This document shows positions 27,814 to 38,789 of a DNA stretch of 64,000 nt, one piece after another. The first letter of the stretch is position 1; the number at the start of each line of letters is the position of its first letter. A program made the position numbers and the translations under genes. The stretch lies in IMG/VR virus record IMGVR_UViG_3300045988_154277. One strand, 5' to 3'. Under the pieces are notes generated by a model, which saw only the letters and a list, made by a program, of their open reading frames with translations, was not told the origin of the DNA and ran no database searches. The DNA is from a virus.

Positions 27814-28779
27814 TCAGTTTACTGTGAGTATATTGTTCCACGTATCGATAAGCATACCGCTCATCTGTGTTACATAGGATTGAAAGACGACCGCACATTT
27901 GAACACGTAGCTGGCACGTAAGCTCTTGTTGTTGAGCTCGTATTGCAGCTGTTGTGCACCTGCATCATCTCCCAATGCGATGTATTTATCGATCGTACGG
28001 ATGGAAGCGGTTACATCGTTCTCCAACGAGTTCTTCAGATCGTTCAGTTCAGCAGCTTGTGTACAAAGCATCGCAACACGATTGGTGATCTGTTTCAGAT
28101 GCTCCACGGACCAGTCACTGCTCTTCATCGTCATACGACCTGCTCTGATCTTGTAAGGATTCACTTCATAGATCACTCCGTCTTTGACCGTGTATCCGAA
28201 TTGGGTGATCCCTGTTTTGAAGGTAGCAGCATCTTGGATCGAAGGAACTTTAGACAACTCCATCACGTCGTGATAGAGGATCTCGAGACTACTGATCACT
28301 TCAACCGACTCCTTATAAGTAGGAAGATAAAGATCGACAGTCTGCAACTTCAGATCAGCGTCGTTGGATCGATTCTTATCGAACTCTCTCTGCAGGTTGT
28401 AGAGAGTCGTCCTCGTTCTGGAGTTCGTATCGAACATCCGTTTGAAGAACGCTACGATGCTAGCCCACAGATTCATGAAGAAGTTCTTAAGTGACAGAAG
28501 TGCATTCCGGAACATCGATGACAGTCCTTCCTGAGAACTGTTCATCAGTTTCTCACTTCCCAGAGCATCTCGGAGCACGATATCCTTCATACCCGCATAA
28601 TCGATCAAAGAGTGGATATTGAAGGTCTTCAAGATCTCATCCTGAATGGCGTGGAAGTTGTTTACAACAACACGTTCCAAGTCATCCATAGTGGAGATCT
28701 GAGAAGCGAGTTCTTCGATCGACCAGTTGCAGATAGGAGGAGGCGCTGGGAATGCTTGTTTCAAAGCGTTCGTGATCAT
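27814..28779 (-). CDS. hypothetical protein (operon of four)
   Basis: 321 aa; stop/start overlap with the next gene. Confidence 0.55.
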   Translation of the reverse strand: MITNALKQAFPAPPPICNWSIEELASQISTMDDLERVVVNNFHAIQDEILKTFNIHSLIDYAGMKDIVLRDALGSEKLMNSSQEGLSSMFRNALLSLKNFFMNLWASIVAFFKRMFDTNSRTRTTLYNLQREFDKNRSNDADLKLQTVDLYLPTYKESVEVISSLEILYHDVMELSKVPSIQDAATFKTGITQFGYTVKDGVIYEVNPYKIRAGRMTMKSSDWSVEHLKQITNRVAMLCTQAAELNDLKNSLENDVTASIRTIDKYIALGDDAGAQQLQYELNNKSLRASYVFKCAVVFQSYVTQMSGMLIDTWNNILTVN

Positions 28780-29726
28780 ACCTCAGTATCCTCCATAGTC
28801 AGATGATCCTGGAGATATTTGGTGTATGCATACAGGGTTTCCAGTGTTTCCACATTGGAGATATCCGCTTGCTGGATAGGAAGATCCAGATCGGTATCCG
28901 TATCCAGACAGATCAGATGAGTCATCTTGAGAAGACCGTATTTGACCGTGAATCGACTGGATGCTTCCCGGAGTTCCTGTTTCATCCAACCCCAACGGAA
29001 TGCACTGGACGGAAGTTTCAGAACATCTTCTTTGCGTTCGATCTTCGCCTGATGTGCGATCAGAAGGAGAACCTTCAGATACTCGATCACCGCTTGGATC
29101 TTCGTATGGTAGTCCACAGCGATGCTGTCGTTGCTGTTCGTCTTCTGGAAACAGCCTTTGATCTTCTCATCCACGATGTCCATGAAGAGGAGGAATCGTT
29201 CCTGTGGGATCAGATACTTTGAGATATCGAAATCCTGGTTCCAAGTCTGGAACCACTCTTCACTGTTCCTCAGGAGAGAAGATTTGAATGCATTGAACTG
29301 AAGCGTATCGTCCGCACCAGGATCTTGTTTGTGGAGCAAGAGCAGGTTGTTGAACATCGTCAAACTGTTCGTCGGAATAGAGAACGGGTAGTTCTTGTTC
29401 TTCTCAGCGAGGGAACGCCAACGTCTGGAGATCTTGCTGATTACATTGAACAAGCTCTGGTAAACGAACACCTTGATCGCCTGCTGATACGAAGTGGCCA
29501 GTTCTCGGAGTTGCTCATCGTTCAAGTTCGTGATATCACGACGATACACATCAGCGTAGATCCGCATCATGTTCTCATCGAACGACGGAGTAACATCTCC
29601 GATGTTCCACACCGCTACCATATCGCAGATCCACTGGAACTCCACATATCTGCGTTGTGACATCTGAGCGGTCATGGTAGCAACCTGAGCTGCTCGTTTT
29701 AATCCAATATCGAATCCCATGATCAA
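28776..29726 (-). CDS. hypothetical protein
   Basis: 316 aa; ATGA overlap on both sides. Confidence 0.55.
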   Translation of the reverse strand: MIMGFDIGLKRAAQVATMTAQMSQRRYVEFQWICDMVAVWNIGDVTPSFDENMMRIYADVYRRDITNLNDEQLRELATSYQQAIKVFVYQSLFNVISKISRRWRSLAEKNKNYPFSIPTNSLTMFNNLLLLHKQDPGADDTLQFNAFKSSLLRNSEEWFQTWNQDFDISKYLIPQERFLLFMDIVDEKIKGCFQKTNSNDSIAVDYHTKIQAVIEYLKVLLLIAHQAKIERKEDVLKLPSSAFRWGWMKQELREASSRFTVKYGLLKMTHLICLDTDTDLDLPIQQADISNVETLETLYAYTKYLQDHLTMEDTEV

Positions 29727-30679
29727 TCCTCCATATAGCTGCTGATCTTGAGATCGAGATCTCGGATCATATCGTTATAAGTGTTGATGATCTTCACAGC
29801 TTTCCGGTATTCATCGCTGTTGGGATCAATACCATTCAGCTGAAGTTTCAGAAGGTCAGTGTGGTTCTGCAACCACTCTTTCTCCTGGACCATCTTCTGG
29901 TATTTCAGGTTGCGCATCAGAACACCCCACTCTCCGAAATAACGGAAGATAGAGGCGAGGATCGTAGCGCCACCCTCGATGAGACCGAACTTGTTCTTGA
30001 CGGTCTTGATCATATCGTTCACTCGATCCTGATCATCGAGCAACGTTGTATCGCTTGACTTGCGAAGAGTATCGATCTCGGTGATCAATTGATTCGCACT
30101 GGATGGCAGAGAACCAACCTTAAGCAGTTCAACAACGCCGAGTTTATACTTGTTGATGAACTCATACCGATATGGTTTCGGTTGGTTGAGTTCATGAACA
30201 CCTTCATTGACGATGATCTCGTACAACACTCCATCGAACAGATAAACAGCGTAGTTGCTGAAGATCTGTGCCTGTTCCACGATACGGAACACCGCCAGCT
30301 GGCTGACTTTCGCATTGTAGATCGTAGTGAACTTCTCGTTGAAGAGAACATTCACATTACGTTCGATCATCTGAAGAACCGTTGTAAGGTTCTGAGCAAG
30401 CATAACGAACGGATCGAATCCAACCTTCTGAGAGCGCAACAGCTTGTTGATCTCTACACAAGTGTTGCAGAAGAGGTTGCCTGGAACGGCGAATGTATTG
30501 ATCCTCTGAGAGAACTGTTCCTTATCCGATCCAGTAATGTTGTTAAGTGTATTGATGAAGTTGGTAAGCTGTCCCTCAACCAGTTTAAGATTCTCTTTGA
30601 AGTCTTCTTTCGAGATCTTCCGCATCTTCTTGGATTCGACAGCAACCACTTCACCTACGTCTTTCAATATATCTCGCAT
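29723..30679 (-). CDS. hypothetical protein
   Basis: 318 aa. Confidence 0.55.
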   Translation of the reverse strand: MRDILKDVGEVVAVESKKMRKISKEDFKENLKLVEGQLTNFINTLNNITGSDKEQFSQRINTFAVPGNLFCNTCVEINKLLRSQKVGFDPFVMLAQNLTTVLQMIERNVNVLFNEKFTTIYNAKVSQLAVFRIVEQAQIFSNYAVYLFDGVLYEIIVNEGVHELNQPKPYRYEFINKYKLGVVELLKVGSLPSSANQLITEIDTLRKSSDTTLLDDQDRVNDMIKTVKNKFGLIEGGATILASIFRYFGEWGVLMRNLKYQKMVQEKEWLQNHTDLLKLQLNGIDPNSDEYRKAVKIINTYNDMIRDLDLKISSYMED

Positions 30680-30692
30680 AGTGGCTACTCCT

Positions 30693-31772
30693 TTAGAATC
30701 TGGGACTCATACCCTGGGAGAAAGTCTGCATGATCTCTGCGAGATTGAAGCTGTCCTTCCCCTTGGCTCCCACTTTATTCAACATCTGGAACGTGTAAGT
30801 TCCCTTCACGTCGATGCCGTTGAAATACATATCGACGGTTCCACCCATCACGTCGACAACAACCACGAAGATCGCCATCGTCTTCAACATGAAACTCTGA
30901 CGATAACCTTTGTCTGCAAAGTTCGCACCGACCTCTTTGCAAGCTTCGGTAAAGGTTGGTTTGTCCATGATGATCATGGAGTTCGCCAAGTTTCCGGATG
31001 TGGGTTTCATACCGATCAGGCGAAGTGCCCAGTTGAAAAGCTTATTGTGCTGGTTGGTAAGGATCGCAGCCAGAACACCGGACTTGTCTTCCTTCAGGAG
31101 TTTTTCCTGCTTCTTGAGCAGGTCTCTGGAGAGCATGAAGTCGTTCCAGAAACTGATCTCCTTCGCCTCCACCTGTTTCCAACGAACGGACATCGGCGGA
31201 TGGAAGTTGATGTTCATGAAACCTTTGCAGATGTTGGAAGACAAGATGATCGGGATCAGCTGGACATACACGTATACTTTAAACGTGTTCACCTTGCCGC
31301 CCCCTTCAAGCGTAAGATCGACCTCCAAAAGACGTCCGGTAACCAGTCGCTGGCTGTCCTTCTCCAGGTCCACCACTTGTGACTCCATAGAGACGTTCAT
31401 CTCTTTGATCGTGGAGTTCAGAGTCTCCTGACCGAAGTCATCCGCGATGATCGTGACGGTATCTTGAAGGGTTTCTGTGGCGATGATACCGTACAGTTCT
31501 TTCACCGTCTTTCCGCCAACCACTACATTTTGCATATTCAAAGCGGTCATGATGTAGCTAGCATAAAGCTGGTTCAGGGTACCGAGCAACGGTAACGCGA
31601 TGTCGTCTTGAGCGACACTTTCCTGCAGATACACTCGACTGATGATGTTCGCAGGTTTGTTCATTTGTGTCAGCGATACTGTCTGCATCTCGTTGACCTT
31701 ATTCACACCTTGTGCGACGATCTTCAAGATTTCAGACAGTCCTGCTGGCAGCAGATCTGGGATAGAAGCCAT
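30693..31772 (-). CDS. hypothetical protein (start moved to MASIPDLL with GAGGAT RBS)
   Basis: ORF track 30693..31838; second ATG has gtgaggatatttcatATG. Confidence 0.55.
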   Translation of the reverse strand: MASIPDLLPAGLSEILKIVAQGVNKVNEMQTVSLTQMNKPANIISRVYLQESVAQDDIALPLLGTLNQLYASYIMTALNMQNVVVGGKTVKELYGIIATETLQDTVTIIADDFGQETLNSTIKEMNVSMESQVVDLEKDSQRLVTGRLLEVDLTLEGGGKVNTFKVYVYVQLIPIILSSNICKGFMNINFHPPMSVRWKQVEAKEISFWNDFMLSRDLLKKQEKLLKEDKSGVLAAILTNQHNKLFNWALRLIGMKPTSGNLANSMIIMDKPTFTEACKEVGANFADKGYRQSFMLKTMAIFVVVVDVMGGTVDMYFNGIDVKGTYTFQMLNKVGAKGKDSFNLAEIMQTFSQGMSPRF

Positions 31773-31904
31773 ATGAAATATCCTCACTTTGCGGGATAAA
31801 ATACCCCTTGATTTTGTGGATTCAATGCAGCATAGCATGTCCAGGAACGCACCCTCAACTATGAGATGCTAGACTCTATTATTCCTTAATATAAGGAGAC
31901 AACC

Positions 31905-33407
31905 ATGCCTTCCAATGAACGAGAAAGAACTCCGAAGGATATCCTCGGATACTTCGATGAGTTTTTACCATCTGCGTACAGGGGTAAGAATCTTCAATCG
32001 ATCCCTGAGGATGTTCTTCAAACTGCATACAATCAGATGATGCGATCCACGGTCGATCCAGATGCTCTTACCAAAGAGATGAAAGATCGAGTCGCCAACC
32101 TCGCATTCGTCACGTCAGGTGCAGGTCCTTACTTCAACCAGATCCAAACCTATTTAACTTGTTTGGATCGATTCAAAGGGAACCTCCTCCCTATCAACAC
32201 GATGGAATCCGGTCTGACATTCATCACCAGACCGAGGCTCTGTCTGCAGTCATCTAATATTCGTAACAATCGTAGAATGGCAGCGTTGGATACTTTGAAC
32301 CCAACATCGATGGCGTTCATGATCCGATGCTTGTTGGATACGAACTTTGGAGAAGTGAATAATCAGCGGTACAAAAGCATCGTCAACAGTTCTCCGTTGA
32401 TTGACTCCTATAACCCATTCTTAGTTCCACTCTGCAACTCTCTGTTGTCCATCAGCGGGTTCCCGGACATGATGATTCAGACTCAGACGACCGATGGTGG
32501 GTATCAAGCAGAAGCACAGACCTTCGCTGTTGGAGGTGATGATTTCAACCGAGCAACCTACAACTTGAATCTAGAGTTCAAGGATATCCAGCACGGTCCG
32601 ATCTCAGCGATCATCTACTACTGGTTGGAATACATCCGTTGTGTGACAAGAGGGATCCTCTTGGCATATGCAGATGACATCGATGAACAGAGACTCAATT
32701 ACACAGTGTCCATCTATCGGTTCGCTCTGGATCCAACGAAAACTTATATCGTGGATTGGTGTAAGTGTACCGGATGCTTCCCGACGAACTTGAACACCGG
32801 TGCAATCATGCAGGTAAATGACGGGGAAGAGTTCGTATCAGCAGCTACCAGGATCAATGTGGGATTCGCATGCAATAAGGTAGAGTACCGAGATCATGCG
32901 ATCTTCATGGATTTCAACACACTGATCCAGAGATACTTCCCAGATATCAACAAAGACGTCAATGGGAAGTATGCGGAACCGGATGAACAGGGTGTCAACC
33001 ATGCAACCTTAAGATACCCCAACCTTCCGAAAGAACCTTATGCCAACTTCCGAGGTATTCCATATATCACCTCTGATATGCACGGACCCCGATTGGAGTT
33101 CCGTCGTTCTCCTACTCCGGTGTTCCCATACTCCAGAGGAACGAATGATCTTGTTGATCAGTTGCTTATGATCGACATGATGCGAAAAGCCCAAGAGTTT
33201 GGAAAACAGAACTACACTCGTTATGCAGAGATGTATACACCTGAGTATATGAAACAAGCGAATAGTCAGAACCTCGGTGCGAACATTAAAGCATTCTTCC
33301 GGAGAGTTATGAACGATAAAACGCATGATTCGAAGGGGTTCGATGCGATCCAGTATCGAGATGATACCCCTCCTAGCTCAGCGCAAAATACACAAGGAGT
33401 TAACTGA
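31905..33407 (+). CDS. hypothetical protein (500 aa)
   Basis: RBS ataaggagacaaccATG; stop overlaps the start of the next gene (TGATG). Confidence 0.6.
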   Translation: MPSNERERTPKDILGYFDEFLPSAYRGKNLQSIPEDVLQTAYNQMMRSTVDPDALTKEMKDRVANLAFVTSGAGPYFNQIQTYLTCLDRFKGNLLPINTMESGLTFITRPRLCLQSSNIRNNRRMAALDTLNPTSMAFMIRCLLDTNFGEVNNQRYKSIVNSSPLIDSYNPFLVPLCNSLLSISGFPDMMIQTQTTDGGYQAEAQTFAVGGDDFNRATYNLNLEFKDIQHGPISAIIYYWLEYIRCVTRGILLAYADDIDEQRLNYTVSIYRFALDPTKTYIVDWCKCTGCFPTNLNTGAIMQVNDGEEFVSAATRINVGFACNKVEYRDHAIFMDFNTLIQRYFPDINKDVNGKYAEPDEQGVNHATLRYPNLPKEPYANFRGIPYITSDMHGPRLEFRRSPTPVFPYSRGTNDLVDQLLMIDMMRKAQEFGKQNYTRYAEMYTPEYMKQANSQNLGANIKAFFRRVMNDKTHDSKGFDAIQYRDDTPPSSAQNTQGVN

Positions 33408-36400
33408 TGCCTAACACAGATAATGCAACGGAGATGACGTTGCAGCTCTATACGGTTCCACAGAGGATCCAGGCGAGAGCTCTGGATCTTCTCCAAGAGA
33501 AAGTCTTGGATGGTCGTGAAATGGTCGATGGGAACAACCCAACCACCTTCTTGCTTGAGTTCTCTGCAACTGTTGCTGCAGGGATCACCAACGAAGTATC
33601 CCAGTCGTTGTCGTCACTGTATCCAAGCCGTGCTCAGACGACAGCGGATCTGTATCGTCATATGGCAGATTACGATTATGTCAATCTGTTCAGCACACCT
33701 TCTAACACGATGATCGAGATCGTATTGAACCGAAACTATCTGATCCAGAATGCTGTTCGTTATGGAAACTCAGATTACAAGAAGATCGTGATCCCAGAGT
33801 ACAGTACATTCAAGATCGGAGAGTATACGTTCGGGATCTACTACCCAATCGAGATCCAGATCAAAGAATCCAGAGAGAACGGTGTACTCGATTACGACAA
33901 CTGTCTGATCACGACCAAATGGGATCTCACCAATGAGAATCCCCTGATGACGATGGAGACGAACATCCTGGAGAACAGAACATATATGCGGGATGGGATC
34001 ACGATGCTCTGCATCAGTATCCCGATCCACCAGTTCGTCTCCACGATCCACCAAGAGGACACGGTTGCAAGCACTGGGTTCTCGAAACGATATACGTATA
34101 CCGATCAGTTCTATGCTGCACGGATCTTCCACTACTTCGGTGGTTCCTGGGTAGAACTGGCTCAGACATTGTCCGATGTCGTATACGATCCGATGTTGGC
34201 AACGGCGAAACTCACTGTACTGACAGATCTGAGTGTACTGCAAGTTGACATCCCACAGGTGTATTTCACCAAGAACATGATCGGATCGAAGATCCGCATT
34301 TACGTCTACACTTCCAAAGGTGCACTGGATGTGGATATCACGGAATACAGCGCAGAGCAGTTCAGTGCATCGTTCCTGTTGAACGATGAGGTGGTGGATG
34401 ATACCTACAGCGCGATGTTGAAGAGGATCCCCTATTGTCAGGTCCTTCCTCTCTCCAAGAGGATCGCCAGCGGATCTGATGGATTGACCTTTGAAGAGTT
34501 GAGAGAACGAGTGGTGCACGATTCGACTTACAGTCTGCTGATCACGCCTGCTGATATCGAGAACTACTTCAAAGACCAAGGATTCATCGCCAAACGATAT
34601 CTCGACAACCTTACAGATCGTATCTATCTGGCTCAGAAAGTGATGACAGACGGAGCAGGTGTCACGATCAGTGCTGGTGATCAGACCGCTGTATTCCAAA
34701 GTGATGTTTTCCATCGTGAGACAGATCCAGATACCAACGAAGTGATCATATCGAACTACCGTACGATCAAATACATCAACGATCGTTCGTTCATGATCTT
34801 ACCTTCTACGGTGTATCAGTACGATCAGGGTACCAACACGGTTGTTCCGATGAACAACACTTGGATGGATGCGTTGGATGATATGTCTGCTGCTCAGAAA
34901 GTATCTCTTCTGAACAGTGGAGTTTACATGTACTCTCCATTCCACTTAAAACTCACAACGACAAACTCTACTCCGGTTGCGTGTTATTACGATCTTCTAC
35001 AACCGAAGATCACAAGTACAACATTTCTCAGTGAGAACCAGAATATCACCTCTCAGATCTCGATCTACAACTCCAGTATCACCCATATGGAGAACGGAAC
35101 AGGTGGATATCGGTTCTACATCAGTCTGTACAAGACGTCGGATATGCAGAAAGTTCCAGTACTGGGTGAAGATGGTCTGACTCCGAACATCACCGTTGTT
35201 CTTAAGACCGAAACAGCGGAAGGTCAGGAACTCTACATGTACGGACAGTATGCGGGTCAGTACAGCGATCACGATGTATTCGTGTTCGATATCAAAACCT
35301 CATACAAGATCAATGAGGATAACGAAATCGATGTGTCCTCGTTCAACAGTATGTCCTCTGGTCAGAAGACCACGATGATGATCCCTCTGACCAACACTTA
35401 CAAGATCATGTTCTTCGTGAATCGGTCGTTCATCTCATCGATCAGTGCAATGACAGGTGTGGATGTATCGCAGTTCCCACCGGATCTTGGAGCAGGTGGT
35501 GTGGTATGGTTGGCAACGCAGCAGTTCACATTGGAACTTGGTTCCGCACTGAACTCGTTGTTCACCAACGTAGCGGTTCATGTGGAAGCTCAGCAATACC
35601 AGACCTATCCAACTACTGTGTACGCCACGTATACCAACCCTGTATATGCGAGGTATACCGAAGAGGATGTGAAAAACGGTGTTGTCTCTGAGTACTACGG
35701 ACCGATTACAGAAGAACTTGTTGGTGTGTACAAGTATCCGTTGGAACTGATCCACGACGCGGATGAAGTGATCCTGAGTCCTGTTTACAATGAGACGATC
35801 CCACCAGCTTGTAAGGTGAAGATCCCAAATGCAGAAGATGAGTCGATCACCACGTATCCTCTGTATCTGCAACCGATTTACACAGCAAGCTCGTCTTCTA
35901 CGAACCTTTGGTTGCCTCCTCCAGAAGGGATGGATGCGTACGATGTGAACAACAAGATGCGGTTGGAAGTGGTGGATGTGTTGCAGTTCGCACTTACGGA
36001 TGTGTCGAAAGCATCCGGTGTGGTGAAAGAACCATCCGAACTTCAGATCCAGTTCAGAGATGAGACGATCACCAACGAGGACGGATCTACCACCGTTGTT
36101 CGTACCTCATACGACCCTCATGTTGGTCAGATGTTCATGTTCGTAACAGATGCGGAGAATGACCTCTCCGATCCTGAGAACACCTTCAGTCTTGGATCCG
36201 GAAGCACGGAACCATCCCTCACGGGAGCTCTGTATCGTCGTGATGCGAGCGCTACGGATTACGATTACACTGGATTCTCCTACCGGTTGGCAGGGGATAC
36301 GGAGTATCATAGTCTTACAGCTGAAGTTCTGGAACAGATCTACAACGATCTCGCTACCATGACAGAAGATGCGGTCAGTCAGAAATACAGCATGACGAAG

Positions 36401-37735
36401 TCTGTGCTGAAGAGATTGAACGGATCGATCCGTTCTCCATGGATCAAAGTGATCCAAGCGGAGTCGATACAACAGTTGTCCAATTACTGGAACAACCGTC
36501 GGATCTTGAACACCACAGCGGATTATCTCTACGCTATCCAGAAACAGTTGAGTCGTGTTCCAGAGTATGCGAGTTACACAGCGTTGTTGGATGCGGAAAA
36601 AAGCATCGTAACAGGATCGATCGTGTGGGTCACAGATGTGAGCGATTACGGTGGAGAACTGCCTGTTCGGTTGATCGGTGATCTGACCGTTACTGGGACA
36701 CAGACACAAGGTGCTCTGCTTCGTAAGCTTGATACCGGTTGGGAGTGGATCATCACAGGTCCTTACAAGAAATCCTGTATCGCTTCTGTGAACTCCACCA
36801 ATACCTTCAGTGGGTTCGCTTACCTGATCAGTGAACAGGATGCGTCTGGAACATACATCCCACGGTACATCAATCTTTTGTCTTATACGGACAAAGGGAA
36901 GTTAAGCATCGATTTCTCCACGTATACGTGGGCATTGATCGATCACTGGGCGTGGGAAATCACCACTCCTTGGGTATCCATCAGCACAGGTACCAACTCC
37001 GGTGTTGATCTGGATATCGATACGACCACTTCAGCGAAGATCGCTCAGTATGGTGGTGATGTTCAGTTGGATGAGAACGGGAATCTTGTGGGTGTGATCA
37101 CCGATGCGAATGGTAACCCGGTCGAAGAGGACGATGAGTATGCAGATACTCGTAAGATCGCTTACCGAGTTCGTACTTTGCAAGCAGATTACAAACTCAC
37201 CTACTCCACAGAAGCTCAACATCTCACCTATCGGAACGACATCCTCGAACTGCTTCGGTCGTATTTCAATACGATCAATACAGCGAGAGCATCGTTACTG
37301 GAGAGAACAGAGTTCTACTACTCTCCGATCCGTACGATGGGTTATGCGGAGTTCAAAGGAACGAACGCAGAAGTGGAATCGAGATCGTTGGATATCACGA
37401 TGGGGTTCCGGCTGTACGTGCAAGACTACGTTGCGAACTCTTCGGATAACCGAGAAGCGATCATGAACAACGTTCTCAGTATCATCGACAGCCATATGGC
37501 AACGGGTTCTATCTCGACGACTCAGTTGGCAGAGGAGATCCGCGCATCTCTCTCTGATACAGTACAGTTCGTAGAGAACCTTGGGATCAACGGAGATCCT
37601 GAGTTGAGAGTACTGGTCCTGAATGAAAGTATGGAGGAGTGTATCCCCCATCTGAAACAGGAACTTTATCTCGATGAAGGGAACCAGATCAAAGTCAATC
37701 GTGGTGTTACGTTGGAATACGTAGCGATCAACTAA
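33407..37735 (+). CDS. giant hypothetical protein (1442 aa), candidate virion/structural component
   Basis: Uninterrupted 4.3-kb ORF coupled to 31905..33407 and followed by a strong terminator. Confidence 0.65.
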   Translation: MPNTDNATEMTLQLYTVPQRIQARALDLLQEKVLDGREMVDGNNPTTFLLEFSATVAAGITNEVSQSLSSLYPSRAQTTADLYRHMADYDYVNLFSTPSNTMIEIVLNRNYLIQNAVRYGNSDYKKIVIPEYSTFKIGEYTFGIYYPIEIQIKESRENGVLDYDNCLITTKWDLTNENPLMTMETNILENRTYMRDGITMLCISIPIHQFVSTIHQEDTVASTGFSKRYTYTDQFYAARIFHYFGGSWVELAQTLSDVVYDPMLATAKLTVLTDLSVLQVDIPQVYFTKNMIGSKIRIYVYTSKGALDVDITEYSAEQFSASFLLNDEVVDDTYSAMLKRIPYCQVLPLSKRIASGSDGLTFEELRERVVHDSTYSLLITPADIENYFKDQGFIAKRYLDNLTDRIYLAQKVMTDGAGVTISAGDQTAVFQSDVFHRETDPDTNEVIISNYRTIKYINDRSFMILPSTVYQYDQGTNTVVPMNNTWMDALDDMSAAQKVSLLNSGVYMYSPFHLKLTTTNSTPVACYYDLLQPKITSTTFLSENQNITSQISIYNSSITHMENGTGGYRFYISLYKTSDMQKVPVLGEDGLTPNITVVLKTETAEGQELYMYGQYAGQYSDHDVFVFDIKTSYKINEDNEIDVSSFNSMSSGQKTTMMIPLTNTYKIMFFVNRSFISSISAMTGVDVSQFPPDLGAGGVVWLATQQFTLELGSALNSLFTNVAVHVEAQQYQTYPTTVYATYTNPVYARYTEEDVKNGVVSEYYGPITEELVGVYKYPLELIHDADEVILSPVYNETIPPACKVKIPNAEDESITTYPLYLQPIYTASSSSTNLWLPPPEGMDAYDVNNKMRLEVVDVLQFALTDVSKASGVVKEPSELQIQFRDETITNEDGSTTVVRTSYDPHVGQMFMFVTDAENDLSDPENTFSLGSGSTEPSLTGALYRRDASATDYDYTGFSYRLAGDTEYHSLTAEVLEQIYNDLATMTEDAVSQKYSMTKSVLKRLNGSIRSPWIKVIQAESIQQLSNYWNNRRILNTTADYLYAIQKQLSRVPEYASYTALLDAEKSIVTGSIVWVTDVSDYGGELPVRLIGDLTVTGTQTQGALLRKLDTGWEWIITGPYKKSCIASVNSTNTFSGFAYLISEQDASGTYIPRYINLLSYTDKGKLSIDFSTYTWALIDHWAWEITTPWVSISTGTNSGVDLDIDTTTSAKIAQYGGDVQLDENGNLVGVITDANGNPVEEDDEYADTRKIAYRVRTLQADYKLTYSTEAQHLTYRNDILELLRSYFNTINTARASLLERTEFYYSPIRTMGYAEFKGTNAEVESRSLDITMGFRLYVQDYVANSSDNREAIMNNVLSIIDSHMATGSISTTQLAEEIRASLSDTVQFVENLGINGDPELRVLVLNESMEECIPHLKQELYLDEGNQIKVNRGVTLEYVAIN

Positions 37736-37747
37736 ACGAATGATATC

Positions 37748-37787
37748 GTAAGTACGTGTAGAGAGATAACCCTCTACACGTACTTAC
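37748..37787. terminator. bidirectional terminator, 16-bp perfect stem, loop contains GATAACCCT
   Basis: gtaagtacgtgtagag-agataacc-ctctacacgtacttac then cttttacaattt. Confidence 0.7.
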
Positions 37788-37810
37788 CTTTTACAATTTA
37801 CCATGTGACA

Positions 37811-38200
37811 TCATTCATCGTTAGGCTCCTGTTGTGGACGAGTGATCCGTCCTGGTGAGTGGATCGCCAAGATCTGTGGGATCTTAACCAGGGCACCTTC
37901 TGGTAACTGGGAGATCTGTTCATCCATGATCTTGGATACTTGGTTCCCAAGCTCTTCACAACGGATCCGTTGTCCGTTGGTGACATCGATCATATCACCA
38001 CTGGTGGTGATATAGTTGTTCTCTTTGAGATAATCCATCACTTCATCAGATACATCGAGAGATGGGAGTGGTTTGACACTGTCGGTCAGTGTCATCAATG
38101 CACCCAGTAGTTCACCTGCTGGGATATTCTTCTCTCCGTCTTGGAGGAAGAACTGCTGCACGGTAACAGCAGAGGGTTTAATATTGACATCAGAGGACAT
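37811..38200 (-). CDS. hypothetical protein
   Basis: 129-aa ORF, 11-nt overlap with the upstream gene. Confidence 0.45.
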   Translation of the reverse strand: MSSDVNIKPSAVTVQQFFLQDGEKNIPAGELLGALMTLTDSVKPLPSLDVSDEVMDYLKENNYITTSGDMIDVTNGQRIRCEELGNQVSKIMDEQISQLPEGALVKIPQILAIHSPGRITRPQQEPNDE

Positions 38201-38687
38201 AGGGTTTTCCTTTCGGGTCGTTGGGATGATCGTTTTCCATAAAGTTCAGTGAGATACGTGGCACCATGGAGAAGGTGAGGTGTGCAAGTTCTTCTCCTTG
38301 GTGAATCGTCTGTACGTTACGACTGATATTGTGAATGATCAACAAGATCTCACTGTGATGAGTAGCAGGAAGTACGGTTGGTGCAACCAACACGATCCCT
38401 TTTGACTCAACGAGATATGGACTGGAATGCAAATTGATTTGAAGCACCAGTTTGGAATACTTGGAAGTAGTATTACCTTCCTTAGTGGTTTCAACGATGT
38501 TGGGAGTCATAAGACGGATCCCCGTCGGTACAGGGGCGTAGACTCCTGGGTTGATCGGAAGTTTCTTCTGGCAGAGAAGAGCGAAGATCGAAGCATCTTC
38601 GGACAACTTCAATGGAAGATATCGAAAGTCAGTTCCAATGGTGGTGAATGGAACCGTGGTATTGAGTTTGTCATATTTTCTGGACAT
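38190..38687 (-). CDS. dCTP deaminase / dUTPase-superfamily protein (putative)
   Basis: ...LHSSPYLVESKGIVLVAPTV...SEILLIIHNISRNVQTIHQGEELAHLTFSMV resembles the Dcd core (RSSLARLG...GxIVLEFxNxG...G..I..L.F). Confidence 0.5.
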   Translation of the reverse strand: MSRKYDKLNTTVPFTTIGTDFRYLPLKLSEDASIFALLCQKKLPINPGVYAPVPTGIRLMTPNIVETTKEGNTTSKYSKLVLQINLHSSPYLVESKGIVLVAPTVLPATHHSEILLIIHNISRNVQTIHQGEELAHLTFSMVPRISLNFMENDHPNDPKGKPYVL

Positions 38688-38789
38688 GATGTCTCCTAAC
38701 GTTGTGTTCTGGTATAGGCTGGTTGATGCTACACAACAAAAAAGAAAATACAGAGTTAGGGGTAACCTAACTCTGTACCGAAGAACGAC

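Noticed and set aside
25707-27827. 706-aa plus-strand ORF
   Set aside because: Arg-rich, low-information composition typical of the antisense of a Glu/Pro-rich gene. The minus-strand ORF 25683..27782 is the coding one.
31905-33407. YADD tetrapeptide (GILLAYADDIDEQ) suggesting a reverse transcriptase or DGR near tail genes
   Set aside because: Surrounding motif A/B spacing does not fit RT palm architecture. No template/variable repeat pair or avd-like gene was found near fiber genes. YADD alone is a common chance tetrapeptide.
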